64,000 nucleotides of DNA from Candidatus Aminicenantes bacterium (GCA_963729855.1 CAVSPT010000005.1:439661-503660); one strand, 5' to 3'; positions 28,417 through 38,470 are shown, counted from the stretch's first letter. Translations and numbers: made by a program. Notes: generated by a model from the sequence alone, not told the origin.

Positions 28417-29118
28417 ATGGACCGACGAAAATTCGTCAAGACGCTGGCCGGCGCCCCGCCGATCCCCGGCGGGGAAACGGACCCGCCGTCCGGGCTTCAA
28501 GCCATCACACTCCTGCCGCCGGAAAGGGACGGCGGCCGGTCCGTGTTGGCTTCCCTTTGGGAAAGACGGACGCAACGGGAGATCGGCCCGGAACCGCTCC
28601 CGCCGCAAGTGCTCTCCAACCTGCTGTGGGCGGCGTTCGGCGTGAATCGCCGGGAAGGTGGTCTGGGGGGCAAGCCCGGTCGGACGGCCGCCTCGGCCAG
28701 CAATTCGCAGGAAATCGACCTCTACGTGGCCCTGCCGGAGGGCGTCTATTCATATGAGGCGGGCCCGCATCGGCTGGCGCCGGTCGCGGCCGGAGATTTC
28801 CGGTCAAGATCATGGTGGGCCAGCGCGGAAACGGCCCCGGTCAATATCTTTTTCATTGCCGACCTCGCCCGGTACGTCAAGGAAGGGCAGCCCGATCCCC
28901 ATATCGACGATCCGGAAGTCCAGAAATCCTACTTCTACCTGGCCGCGGGCTCGATCGCGGAGAACATCTACCTCTTCGCCGCTTCGCTGGATTTGGCCGC
29001 CTGGCTCCACAATTGTGACAGGACCCACACGCCCGCGGATTTCAAGCTTCGGCCTGAACAGCGGGTGCTCTTCGCCCAAACGGTCGGGTATCCCCGTCGC
29101 GGAAAACGGGCCGGTTGA
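28417..29118 (+). CDS. Tat-signal nitroreductase-superfamily (SagB/ThcOx-like) dehydrogenase
   Basis: 'RRKFVKTLAG' twin-arginine motif, nitroreductase-like core. AAGGAG ribosome-binding site. Confidence 0.6.
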   Translation: MDRRKFVKTLAGAPPIPGGETDPPSGLQAITLLPPERDGGRSVLASLWERRTQREIGPEPLPPQVLSNLLWAAFGVNRREGGLGGKPGRTAASASNSQEIDLYVALPEGVYSYEAGPHRLAPVAAGDFRSRSWWASAETAPVNIFFIADLARYVKEGQPDPHIDDPEVQKSYFYLAAGSIAENIYLFAASLDLAAWLHNCDRTHTPADFKLRPEQRVLFAQTVGYPRRGKRAG

Positions 29119-29242
29119 CGGATTTTCACGGCGCACATCCATCCTCCCCTGTCTAAGGTCGCAGCGCACGGACGTTGTCGGGGGAATGCCGATATTTTGT
29201 CAAGACTCCGTGTCTTCCGCCGACGAACGGATTCCTCCCGAT

Positions 29243-29271
29243 TTGTCAAAAAGCGGACTTTCGATTATAAA
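29243..29271 (+). promoter_or_regulatory. Sigma70-like promoter candidate (TTGTCA-17-TATAAA) for 29287 gene
   Basis: Read directly in the 170-bp intergenic region. Confidence 0.4.
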
Positions 29272-29286
29272 AGTGGCGGAGAAAGA

Positions 29287-32010
29287 AACATGACCTCGAC
29301 CTCCCGCCGCCTGCCCGCCCGCTTTTCGCCGGCCGCCGCCTCACTCGTCGTTCTGATCGGCGCCTCGGTTTTTCTCTGGCCCGCCCAAAAAGCCGCCGAC
29401 CGCCCGGCCGCTCCCGTCGTTTCGGCCGAGTCCGGACGCCTGCCCAGCGGACAGATCGTGACGCCCGCCGGGCGGCAGGTCGAGCTTCCCGAGCTGAGGC
29501 CGCACGTCCTGGCCATGAGCCCGGACGGCCGGCTGCTGGTCACTTCGGGCCGCTCGCACGAGATCGTCTCCATCGACCCCGTCGAGGGGCGCATTCTCCA
29601 GCGCATCGCCCTCCCGCCGGAGCCGCCCGAAGCGGCCGAGCCGGAAGCCTCCTCGGACAACATCCTCAAACCCGACGAAAAGGGCGAGCTCAGCTACACT
29701 GGCCTGGCCTTCTCTCCCGACGGCCGCCGCCTCTACCTCAGCAACGTCAACGGCAGCATCAAGGTTTTCGGCGTCGCTCCCGACGGGAGGATCACCGGAA
29801 AATTCTCGTTCCTGCTGCCGCCGGCCAACGCGCCGCGCCGGAAAGAGGAGATTCCTTCGGGCATCGCCGTCTCTCCCGACGGCGCCAAGCTCTACATCGT
29901 CCTCAATCTCTCCGGGCGGCTGGGCGAATTCTCCGCCGCCGACGGCCGCCTTCGGCGGACGATCGATGTCGGCTTCGCCCCCTACGACGTCGTCCTCGCC
30001 GGCAGCCGGGCGTTCGTCAGCAACTGGGGCGGCCGCCGGCCCCGGCGCGGCGACGCGACCGGCCCGGCCGGCCGCGGCACATTGGTCAAGGTGGACCCCA
30101 AAACCGGCATCGCCGACAGCGGCTCGGTCAGCGTCATCGACCTCGACTCCTGGCGGCCCGTTTCCGAACACCCGGTCCAATTGCACTCCTCGGCCCTGGC
30201 CGTCTCGCCCGACCGCCGCTACGTCGTCTGCGCCAACGCCGCCAGCGACACGCTCAGCGTCATCGACGTGCGCGGCGACGCGGTGATCGAGACGATCTCG
30301 GCCAAGGCCGGCCCGGCCGACCTCTTCGGCGCCTCGCCCTCGGCCGTGGCCTTCGACCCGCAGGGCCGCTATCTCTATGTCGCCAACGGCACCCAGAACG
30401 CCGTGGCGGTCATCCGCTTCGATCCGGACCATAAAAAAAGCTGCTTCCTCGGCCTCATCCCGACGGGGTGGTGGCCCGGAGCGATCCTCTACGACGCTCG
30501 GCGCGGCCAGCTCTGCGTGGCCAACATCAAGGGCCTGGCCCGGGAGAAGCGCCTGGACAAGCGCACCGGCGCGCCCGGCTTCAACACCCACCTCTACCTC
30601 GGGTCGCTTTCGCTCATCCCCGTTCCCTCCGAGGCCGACCTTCCGGCCATGACCCGGACGGTCTGGACGAATTTCTTCCGGGAGCGCGTTGCCGAGTCCC
30701 TGCTTCCGCCCCGGCCGGGGCGGCCGGCCCGGGCCGTTCCCGAGAGGATCGGGGAGCCCAGCCTGATCAAGCACGTCGTTTACATCATCAAGGAGAACCG
30801 GTCCTACGACCAGGTCCTGGGCGACGTCCGGGAAGGCGACGGCGATCCGGCCCTGACCCTCTTCGGCGAGGCCGTCACGCCCAACCAGCACAAGCTGGTC
30901 CGGGAATTCGTCCTCCTCGACAACACCTACTGCAACGGCATCCTCAGCGCCGACGGCCACCAATGGTCGACCACGGCCTTCGCCACGGACTACATGGAAA
31001 AATCCTTCGGCGGCTGGCCGCGCAGCTACCCCGACGGCATGGGCCCCGACGAGGTCGACGCCCTGGCCTACGCCCCGACCGGATTTCTCTGGGACAACGC
31101 CCTACGCCGCGGCAAGACGCTCCGCGACTACGGCGAGTTCACCATGGCCGACGTCCGCTGGGCCGATCGCCGGCGCAAGGACGAGATCGGCTGGCTGGAC
31201 GGCTGGCGGGAATACAATCAGCCCAGGGGCGAGATCCTGATCGGCAGCGTCCCGGCCGTCGAGACTTTGCGCCCCTACATCGCCGAGAAGACCGTCGGCT
31301 GGTCGATGGAGATCCCCGACCAATTCCGGGCCGGCTATTTCATAAAGGAATTGAAGGAGTTCGAGAAAACGGGGAATTTCCCCGACCTGGTGATCATCTG
31401 CCTGCCCAACGACCACACCACGGGGACCAAGGAGGGCACGCCCAAGCCGGCCTCCCACGCCGCCGACAACGACCTGGCCTTCGGACGGATCGTCGAGGCC
31501 GTCAGCCGGAGCCGCTTCTGGAAGGATACGGCCGTCTTCGCCATCGAGGACGACCCGCAGGACGGCTGGGACCATGTCAGCGGCTTCCGAACCACGGCCT
31601 ACCTCGCCTCCCCCTACGCCAAGCGCGGCCGGACGGTCAGCGCCTTCTACAACACCGTCAGCCTGCTTCGGACGATCGAGCAGATCCTGGGCCTGCCGCC
31701 GATGAACCAGTTCGACGCCTCCGCGTCGCCCATGACCGAGGCCTTCACCGACCAGCCGGATTTCACCCCGTTCCAGGCCGTTCCCAACCGGATCCCCTTG
31801 GACGCGATGAATCCCCCGCCGGCCTCGATCAGGGACCCGCTGCTGCGCCGGCAGGCACGGATATCGGCGAGCCTGGACTTCCGCCATGTCGACGCCTGCC
31901 CCGAGGATGTCCTGAACCGCATCCTCTGGCACGCGGTCAAGGGGCCGGGCGTTCCCTATCCGGAATGGGCCGTCCGTCCGCATCCGGACGCCGGGGACCA
32001 TGACGATTAA
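29287..32010 (+). CDS. Secreted beta-propeller (YVTN/lactonase-like repeats) fused to phosphoesterase-family domain (phospholipase C/AcpA-like)
   Basis: N-terminal repeats 'SPDGRRLYLSN', 'SPDGAKLYIV', 'SPDRRYVVCAN', 'DPQGRYLYVANG'. C-terminal Pfam-phosphoesterase hallmark 'VVYIIKENRSYDQVLG'. Signal peptide. Confidence 0.75.
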   Translation, partial: NMTSTSRRLPARFSPAAASLVVLIGASVFLWPAQKAADRPAAPVVSAESGRLPSGQIVTPAGRQVELPELRPHVLAMSPDGRLLVTSGRSHEIVSIDPVEGRILQRIALPPEPPEAAEPEASSDNILKPDEKGELSYTGLAFSPDGRRLYLSNVNGSIKVFGVAPDGRITGKFSFLLPPANAPRRKEEIPSGIAVSPDGAKLYIVLNLSGRLGEFSAADGRLRRTIDVGFAPYDVVLAGSRAFVSNWGGRRPRRGDATGPAGRGTLVKVDPKTGIADSGSVSVIDLDSWRPVSEHPVQLHSSALAVSPDRRYVVCANAASDTLSVIDVRGDAVIETISAKAGPADLFGASPSAVAFDPQGRYLYVANGTQNAVAVIRFDPDHKKSCFLGLIPTGWWPGAILYDARRGQLCVANIKGLAREKRLDKRTGAPGFNTHLYLGSLSLIPVPSEADLPAMTRTVWTNFFRERVAESLLPPRPGRPARAVPERIGEPSLIKHVVYIIKENRSYDQVLGDVREGDGDPALTLFGEAVTPNQHKLVREFVLLDNTYCNGILSADGHQWSTTAFATDYMEKSFGGWPRSYPDGMGPDEVDALAYAPTGFLWDNALRRGKTLRDYGEFTMADVRWADRRRKDEIGWLDGWREYNQPRGEILIGSVPAVETLRPYIAEKTVGWSMEIPDQFRAGYFIKELKEFEKTGNFPDLVIICLPNDHTTGTKEGTPKPASHAADNDLAFGRIVEAVSRSRFWKDTAVFAIEDDPQDGWDHVSGFRTTAYLASPYAKRGRTVSAFYNTVSLLRTIEQILGLPPMNQFDASASPMTEAFTDQPDFTPFQAVPNRIPLDAMNPPPASIRDPLLRRQARISASLDFRHVDACPEDVLNRILWHAVKGPGVPYPEWAVRPHPDAGDHDD

Positions 32011-33247
32011 ACCGCCCGTCCGGCGCTTCACCGCGCGCGAGGTCCTCAAGTACGTCGGACCGGGGCTCCTCGTCACCATCGGCTTCATCGATCCCGGCAA
32101 TTGGGCCGCCAACATCGCCGCCGGGTCGATTTACGGCTACAAGCTCCTCTGGGTCCTGACCCTGGCCACGGTTTTCCTGGTCGTCCTGCAGCACAACGCC
32201 GCCCACCTCGGCATCGCCACAGGGCTGTGCCTGTCCGAGGCCGTGACGGCCTATTTCCCGAGGACCGGAGGCCGGGTCATCCTCGGCACGGCCGTGGCCG
32301 CCGCCGTCTGCACGGCCCTGGCCGAGATCCTCGGCGCCGCGATCGCCCTGCAGATGCTGTTCCAGATCCCGCTCAAGATCGGCGCTTGTCTGACCTCGGT
32401 CTTCGTCCTGGTGATGCTGGCCACAAACTCCTACCGCTACCTGGAGCGCTGGCTGGTCGGCTTCGTCTCGCTCATCGGTCTGGCTTTCCTCTATGAGCTG
32501 TTCCTCCCCCGAGTGCCCTGGGGGCAGGCCGCGCCCGGCTGGGTCATCCCCGCCTTTCCGGCCGGGGCCATGCCCATCATCATGAGCATCCTGGGGGCGG
32601 TCGTCATGCCCCACAACCTCTTCCTTCACTCCGAAATCATCCAGAGCCGGGAATGGAACCGGGCCGACGAGAAGACGATCCGCCACCAGCTCAAGTTCGA
32701 GCTGTTCGACACGCTCTTTTCCATGGGCATCGGCTGGGTCATCAACAGCGCCATGGTCATCGTCGCCGCGGCGACCTTCTTCTCGCGGAAGATCGCCGTC
32801 AGCGACCTGGCCCAGGCCCGGGCCATGCTCGAGCCCCTGCTGGGCCGGAGCGCCCAATTGGTCTTCGCCCTGGCCCTGCTGTTCGCCGGGCTGGCCTCGG
32901 GAGTGACGGCCGGAATGAGCGGCGGGACGATCATGTCCGGGATCTTCGGGCGTCCCTACGATCTCAAGGAAAGCGTTTCACGGGCCGGCGTCGCCGTCAC
33001 CATCCTGGGCGGACTGGCCTTCATCTTCGTCCTGACGGACACCTTCAAGGGCCTTCTGCTGTCCCAGATGCTGTTGAGCATCCAGCTGCCGATCACGATT
33101 TTCACCATGATCGTCCTGACCTCGTCGAAAAAGGTCATGGGCCCCTTCGTCAATTCGAAAGGCGACCGGACCGTCCTCGGCCTGATCGGAACGGTCGTCG
33201 CGGGACTGAACGTCGTCCTGCTCTTGACCCTTTTGGGAATCCTCTGA
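32000..33247 (+). CDS. mntH: Nramp-family divalent metal (Mn2+/Fe2+) transporter
   Basis: 'GPGLLVTIGFIDPGNWAANIAAG' Nramp signature, 11-12 TM helices. Overlaps the upstream gene by 11 nt. Confidence 0.9.
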   Translation: MTIKPPVRRFTAREVLKYVGPGLLVTIGFIDPGNWAANIAAGSIYGYKLLWVLTLATVFLVVLQHNAAHLGIATGLCLSEAVTAYFPRTGGRVILGTAVAAAVCTALAEILGAAIALQMLFQIPLKIGACLTSVFVLVMLATNSYRYLERWLVGFVSLIGLAFLYELFLPRVPWGQAAPGWVIPAFPAGAMPIIMSILGAVVMPHNLFLHSEIIQSREWNRADEKTIRHQLKFELFDTLFSMGIGWVINSAMVIVAAATFFSRKIAVSDLAQARAMLEPLLGRSAQLVFALALLFAGLASGVTAGMSGGTIMSGIFGRPYDLKESVSRAGVAVTILGGLAFIFVLTDTFKGLLLSQMLLSIQLPITIFTMIVLTSSKKVMGPFVNSKGDRTVLGLIGTVVAGLNVVLLLTLLGIL

Positions 33248-33251
33248 GGTC

Positions 33252-34526
33252 CTATCGCTTTTCGTAGGATTCCAATACGGCCTGGTAGACCATGGCCTTG
33301 AACTTGGCCTGTAAATCGATCGTCCCGGCCGGCAGCAGCTGGGTCATCAGCACGCAGACCATCTTTTCCGCCGGATCGACCCAACCCATCGTGTAATAAG
33401 CGCCGCCCCAGCCGAACGCCCCCACCGTCCCCGGCTGGCCGTTCCGCCCCAGCCGGTCCGTGACCCAGAAGCCCAGTCCGAAGGCCTGGTTCTTGTAGAG
33501 CGCCCCGGCATGGTCGGCGAGCATCAGCTCGACGGTCTTGGGGCTGAGGAGCCGCGCGCCCTGGAGCTCGCCTCCGTTGAGCAGCATCTGCAGAAATCGG
33601 GCGTAATCCTCGGCCGTGGACAGCAGGCCGGCGCCGCCGGAACAGCAGAGGCGCGGGCCCTTGACGTAGAAATTGTCCTTGGCGTCCTCGATGAGCTTGA
33701 GGCCGCCCTCCTCCGCGGCCCCGTAGACGGGCGTGAACCGGCCGAGCTTGGATTCGGGCAGGAAGAAACAGGTGTCGGCCATGCCCAGCGGCCCGGTGAT
33801 CCGGCCGGCCACGAAATCGGCCAGGCTCAGACCGGAGGCGACTTCGACGACGGCGCCGAGGATGTCGGTGTTATATCCATAGACGAATTTCTCTCCGGGC
33901 TGGACATCCAAGGGCAGGGTCGCCAGCTTCCGGACGACGTCGCCGATGGGGACGCTCTTGTCCGCCAGAAACCATCCGCTCAGCCCGGCCGCTTTATATT
34001 CGCCCGCCGCCGGCCCTTCCCCATAGGAGATGCCCGCCGTGTGGGTCAGCAGGTCGCGCAGGGTGATCGGCCGCTTGAGGGGAACAAGCGAATAGCCCTC
34101 GGCGTCTTTTTCCTCGGACTGCACGGCGACCCTGGCCTTGGCGAACTCCGGGAAGTATTTGGAGACGGGATCGTCGATGAGGAGCTTGCCCTCCTCCTGA
34201 AGAATCATGATCGCCGTCGACGTCACGGCCTTGGACTGGGAGGCGATGCGGAAGATGGCGTTGACGGGCATGGCCGTCCTCCGGACGGGATCGAGCTCGC
34301 CCAAAGCCTTCTTATAGGCGACGCGGCCGTCGCGCAGGATCATCGCCACCATTCCGACGGTCTGGCCTTTGTCTATGGATTCCTGCATGACGCGGGTCAG
34401 GCGCTCCAGGCGCTCGGCGGACAGGCCGGCATCGCCGGGCTTGACGGTCGGCAGCTGGGCGGCGGAGAGAAACAAGGCGGCGCAAAGAACGAGCGCAGGG
34501 GTCGTGTAGATTTTTTGGAGAGTCAT
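33252..34526 (-). CDS. Beta-lactamase-family serine hydrolase (class C-like / esterase), secreted
   Basis: 'FRIASQSKAVT' SxxK motif, signal peptide, AAGGAG ribosome-binding site. Confidence 0.75.
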   Translation of the reverse strand: MTLQKIYTTPALVLCAALFLSAAQLPTVKPGDAGLSAERLERLTRVMQESIDKGQTVGMVAMILRDGRVAYKKALGELDPVRRTAMPVNAIFRIASQSKAVTSTAIMILQEEGKLLIDDPVSKYFPEFAKARVAVQSEEKDAEGYSLVPLKRPITLRDLLTHTAGISYGEGPAAGEYKAAGLSGWFLADKSVPIGDVVRKLATLPLDVQPGEKFVYGYNTDILGAVVEVASGLSLADFVAGRITGPLGMADTCFFLPESKLGRFTPVYGAAEEGGLKLIEDAKDNFYVKGPRLCCSGGAGLLSTAEDYARFLQMLLNGGELQGARLLSPKTVELMLADHAGALYKNQAFGLGFWVTDRLGRNGQPGTVGAFGWGGAYYTMGWVDPAEKMVCVLMTQLLPAGTIDLQAKFKAMVYQAVLESYEKR

Positions 34527-34705
34527 GGGAGCTCCTTGAAAGGGATGCCGTCTGACCCTGCTTTTATATCAGAATCCGAATGGAATTTCTTCCTCCTCGA
34601 TGGAAAAGCCGATATAATCGGGTCGGCCCGTCCCGCCCGGCCCGGGAGCGCAACGCTTCCGGCGCCGGCCCGATGGAGTCTCAATCGGCGTCCGGGAGAT
34701 CGTCC

Positions 34706-37000
34706 ATGCCGCGCAAATTGTTTTCCGTCCTCGCCCTCCTTCAAATCCTGGCCTGCGCCGTCCTCGCCGGCCAAACGCCGTCGCCGATCCCGCTCGACAA
34801 GGGCTGGAAATTTCGGCCCGGCGACGATCCGGCCTATGCCAAGCCGGGATTCGACGATTCGAAATGGGTCTCCCTCAAGGTCGATCAGGTCTGGGAGGAG
34901 CAGGGCTATGAAAAGCTCGACGGTTTCGCCTGGTACCGTCTGAGGATCGTGATCCCCTCTCAACTCAAGAATTCCGCGGCGCTTAAAGACGGACTCCGGA
35001 TCTGTCTGGGCAAGATCAACAATTTCGATCAATCCTACCTCAACGGCAGGATCTTCGGCATCAACGGCGCGGCCGTTCCGGGCTCGACGCCGGTCGACAA
35101 CGCCTATACCAAAGCCGATCCGGCCCTGTGGAACGTGGAACGGGTTTATGTCCTGCCGATCGATGACCCGCGCATCCGTTGGGACGCGGAGAACGTCCTG
35201 GCCGTCCGCGTTTTTGACGAAGGCGGCCAGGGCGGAATGTGGTCGGGCGGGCAGAACGCCCGCCCGGTCGAAATATCCGATGACCTGGTCGGAGACCAGG
35301 CCGGGCGTCCGTTCCTTATCCGGGACGGGACGGTGACGAAATCATATTCCCTCAAGAATCTGTCCGGCTCACGCACGCTCAAAGGCATCCTCACCGTCCG
35401 GGCCGTCGGCACGCTGACCAAGGCCGAGATTTCGAAGACAACCGAGGCCGTCTCGCTCCCCCCCAACGCCTCGCGGGACTTCAAATGGACCATCACCGGC
35501 CTGGATCAAGCCGCGCTCATCCGCTATGAATTCGCCTTCGACGGCTTCGCCGAAAAATGGGCCTCTATGGAGGAAAGCCCGTATGTGCTCACGCCTCGGC
35601 CGCCGGCCGAGCCCCGCATCAACGGGCCCCTCGTCTACGGCGCCCGGCCCGGGCATCCGTTCCTCTACGCCATTCCGGCGACGGGGGCGCGTCCCATGAC
35701 CTATGGGGCCTCGGGGCTGCCCGCGGGCCTGTCTCTCGATCCGTCGAGCGGGATCATCACCGGCCGGGCCGGGACTAAGGGCGAGTATTCCGTCGTCTTG
35801 AGCGCCAAAAACGTCCGAGGCCGCACCGAGCGGACGCTCAAGATCGTTATCGGCGAAACGATCGCCCTGACCCCGCCCATGGGCTGGAACTCCTGGAACT
35901 GCTGGGGCCTGAGCGTGGACGAGGAGAAGGTCGTCGCCAGCGGCAAGGTGTTCAAGGACAAGGGCCTGCTCGACCACGGCTGGTCCTACATCAATATCGA
36001 CGACGGCTGGGAGATCAAGGGCGACTCCCCCGCGGCCAAGCGCAACGCCCAGGGCGACATCATCACCAGCGACAAGTTCACGGACATGAAGCGGCTGGGC
36101 GACCGGATTCATGCCCTCGGCCTCAAGTTCGGCATCTACAGCTCGCCCGGCCCCCTGACCTGCGGCGGCTACACGGCGACGTACGGATACGAGGCCAACG
36201 ACGCCCGGTCCTACGGCGCCTGGGGCGTCGATTATCTCAAGTACGACTGGTGCTCCTACGACACGATCTCCAAAGGCCAGACCCGGGAGGAATTGCAGAA
36301 GCCCTATCTTGTCATGCGCCGGGAATTGGACAAGACCGGCCGGGACATCGTCTTCAGCCTCTGCCAGTACGGCATGGGCAAGGTCTGGGAATGGGGGGCG
36401 GGCGTGGGCGGAAACCTGTGGCGGACGACGGACGACATCACCGACACCTGGGACAGCCTGCGCGGCATCGGCTTCTCGCAGATCGAGAACGCCCCGTTCG
36501 CCGGCCCGGGGCATTGGAACGACCCGGACATGCTGGTCGTGGGCTGGGTCGGCTGGGGGCCGAGCCTCCATCCCTCGCACCTCACGCCCGACGAGCAATA
36601 CACTCACATCAGCTTGTGGAGCCTGCTCTCGGCCCCCCTTCTCATCGGCTGCGATCTGACCCGGCTCGACGATTTCACCCTCAATCTCCTGACCAACGAC
36701 GAGGTCCTGGCCCTGGACCAGGATCCCTTGGGCCGGGCGGCCGTGCCGAAAGTGAAGGCCGGGGACATCCAGGTCTGGGTCAAGGAGCTCCACGACGGGA
36801 GCCGGGCCGTCGGGCTCTTCAACCTGGGAGCGGATTCCGCCGCTTACAATCTGAGCCTTAGAAGCTTGGGTTTGGAAGACCGGACCGCGGTCCGCGATCT
36901 CTGGCGGCAGAAGGATCTGGGATCGGCCGAGGCCGGGATGGTCGCCTGCCGGATCCCGGCCCATGGCGTCGTCCTTCTCAAGCTGAGCCGGACGCGCTGA
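34706..37000 (+). CDS. GH27 alpha-galactosidase with N-terminal beta-sandwich and putative Ig-like domain, secreted
   Basis: 'LTPPMGWNSWNCWG' GH27 N-terminal signature. 'DYLKYDWC' nucleophile region. 'GASGLPAGLSLDPSSGIITG' putative-Ig domain. ATG at 34706 after GGGAG. Confidence 0.85.
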   Translation: MPRKLFSVLALLQILACAVLAGQTPSPIPLDKGWKFRPGDDPAYAKPGFDDSKWVSLKVDQVWEEQGYEKLDGFAWYRLRIVIPSQLKNSAALKDGLRICLGKINNFDQSYLNGRIFGINGAAVPGSTPVDNAYTKADPALWNVERVYVLPIDDPRIRWDAENVLAVRVFDEGGQGGMWSGGQNARPVEISDDLVGDQAGRPFLIRDGTVTKSYSLKNLSGSRTLKGILTVRAVGTLTKAEISKTTEAVSLPPNASRDFKWTITGLDQAALIRYEFAFDGFAEKWASMEESPYVLTPRPPAEPRINGPLVYGARPGHPFLYAIPATGARPMTYGASGLPAGLSLDPSSGIITGRAGTKGEYSVVLSAKNVRGRTERTLKIVIGETIALTPPMGWNSWNCWGLSVDEEKVVASGKVFKDKGLLDHGWSYINIDDGWEIKGDSPAAKRNAQGDIITSDKFTDMKRLGDRIHALGLKFGIYSSPGPLTCGGYTATYGYEANDARSYGAWGVDYLKYDWCSYDTISKGQTREELQKPYLVMRRELDKTGRDIVFSLCQYGMGKVWEWGAGVGGNLWRTTDDITDTWDSLRGIGFSQIENAPFAGPGHWNDPDMLVVGWVGWGPSLHPSHLTPDEQYTHISLWSLLSAPLLIGCDLTRLDDFTLNLLTNDEVLALDQDPLGRAAVPKVKAGDIQVWVKELHDGSRAVGLFNLGADSAAYNLSLRSLGLEDRTAVRDLWRQKDLGSAEAGMVACRIPAHGVVLLKLSRTR

Positions 37001-37030
37001 TCATTCCGCTTCGCCGGCCGGCCGGCGGGC

Positions 37031-38470
37031 TTAGAAGCCGAGGGCGGACCGCGCGGCAAAATTCGAGAGCAGGGACGGCAGCACGCCCAGGACGAGACAG
37101 ACCAGGGCGGACACCGCCAGGACGAAACCCACCGGGAGCGACGACTCGAGCGTCGCCTTGCCCGCGGGGTCCTCCATGAACATGGCCCGGCCGATGCGGA
37201 AATAATAAAACAGGGAGATGACGGAATTGACGGCCCCGGCCACGGCCAAGACGATCAGCCCCTTGTCGATGGCGGCCAGAAAAAGGAAATACTTGCCCAT
37301 GAATCCCGCCGTCGGCGGGATGCCGGCCAGCGAGAGCAGGACGATGACGATGCCCGCCGCGGCCGCCGGCGACTTGCGGGCCAGGCCGCGCAGGCCGTCG
37401 ACGTCTTCGCCGAACCCCTTCCCCCGGCGGACGAGCAGGATCAGGCCGAAGGCGGCGGCGTTCATGAAGACATAGACGAAGACGTAGAAGAGGACCGCGG
37501 CCCGGGCCTGTTCGCCCCAGGCGGCCAGGCCGATGACGATGTACCCGGAATGGGCGATCGAGGAATAGGCCATCATCCGCTTCAGATTCTTCTGGGTCAA
37601 AGCGGCCAGGTTGCCCCAGAACATGGTCAGGATGGCCAAATAAACAAAAAGGACGCTCCACTGGGCCTGGAAGCCGGCGAAGATCCCGGACATGGCCCGG
37701 ATGAGGACGGCGAAAACGGCGGCCTTGGGGGCCGTCGACAGAAACATGGACATGGGCGTCGGGGCGCCCTCATAGACGTCCGGGGCCCACATATGGAAGG
37801 GGACCATGGCCGCCTTAAAGAACAAGCCGGAGAAGAAGAGGACCATCCCGGTCAGGACAAAATGGGAATCGGCCGCGGCCAGACCGCGGGCGATGGCCGC
37901 ATAATTCGTCTCGCCGGTCAGGCCGAAGATCAGGGCCATGCCCAGCAGCATCAGGCCCGAGCTCAGCGTCCCGAGGAAGAAGTATTTGATGCCGGCCTCG
38001 GAAGAGCGGCGGTCCTTTTTGAACAGTCCGGCCAGGATGTACGACGTGACGGCGAAAAGCTCGAAGGCGACGTAGGTCGAGATCAAATCGACGGTCGAGG
38101 CCGAGACCGTCATGCCGATCATGGCCAGCGGAAGGAGGATGTAGATCTCGCCCGGCTCATAGCGCTCGACGCCGAAGAAGCGGAAGGACAGGACGACCGT
38201 CAGCCCTCCGGCCGCCAGGACGGCCAGCTTGACGAAGACGGCGAAGGGATCGACGAGCAGGCTTCCGGCGTAGAAGGCCCCTCCGCTCAAGGGCGCCCGG
38301 AGAAGCGCCGCCCCGGCCGCCGCCATCCCGGCCAGCGAAACCCAGCCGGCCGCCCGGGGACCGCGGCGTCCGCCGAAGAGGTGGACGAACAGGGCCGCCG
38401 CCGCCGCGGCCAGCAAGACGATCTCCGGGGCCAGAGGCTTGAGCCCGGAAGCGAACGCCGACATATCCAT
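37031..38470 (-). CDS. nuoN: NADH-quinone oxidoreductase subunit N
   Basis: Polytopic antiporter-like subunit. Final gene of the operon. ATG at 38470 overlaps the nuoM stop. Confidence 0.9.
   Translation of the reverse strand: MDMSAFASGLKPLAPEIVLLAAAAAALFVHLFGGRRGPRAAGWVSLAGMAAAGAALLRAPLSGGAFYAGSLLVDPFAVFVKLAVLAAGGLTVVLSFRFFGVERYEPGEIYILLPLAMIGMTVSASTVDLISTYVAFELFAVTSYILAGLFKKDRRSSEAGIKYFFLGTLSSGLMLLGMALIFGLTGETNYAAIARGLAAADSHFVLTGMVLFFSGLFFKAAMVPFHMWAPDVYEGAPTPMSMFLSTAPKAAVFAVLIRAMSGIFAGFQAQWSVLFVYLAILTMFWGNLAALTQKNLKRMMAYSSIAHSGYIVIGLAAWGEQARAAVLFYVFVYVFMNAAAFGLILLVRRGKGFGEDVDGLRGLARKSPAAAAGIVIVLLSLAGIPPTAGFMGKYFLFLAAIDKGLIVLAVAGAVNSVISLFYYFRIGRAMFMEDPAGKATLESSLPVGFVLAVSALVCLVLGVLPSLLSNFAARSALGF

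Noticed and set aside
26597-30963. Long antisense ORFs (444 aa, 540 aa) opposite the esterase and propeller-phosphoesterase genes
   Set aside because: Same high-GC antisense artefact. The sense frames carry GxSxG and ENRSYD motifs.
35369-36964. 531-aa minus-strand ORF opposite the GH27 alpha-galactosidase
   Set aside because: The sense frame has the MGWNSWN GH27 signature and signal peptide.
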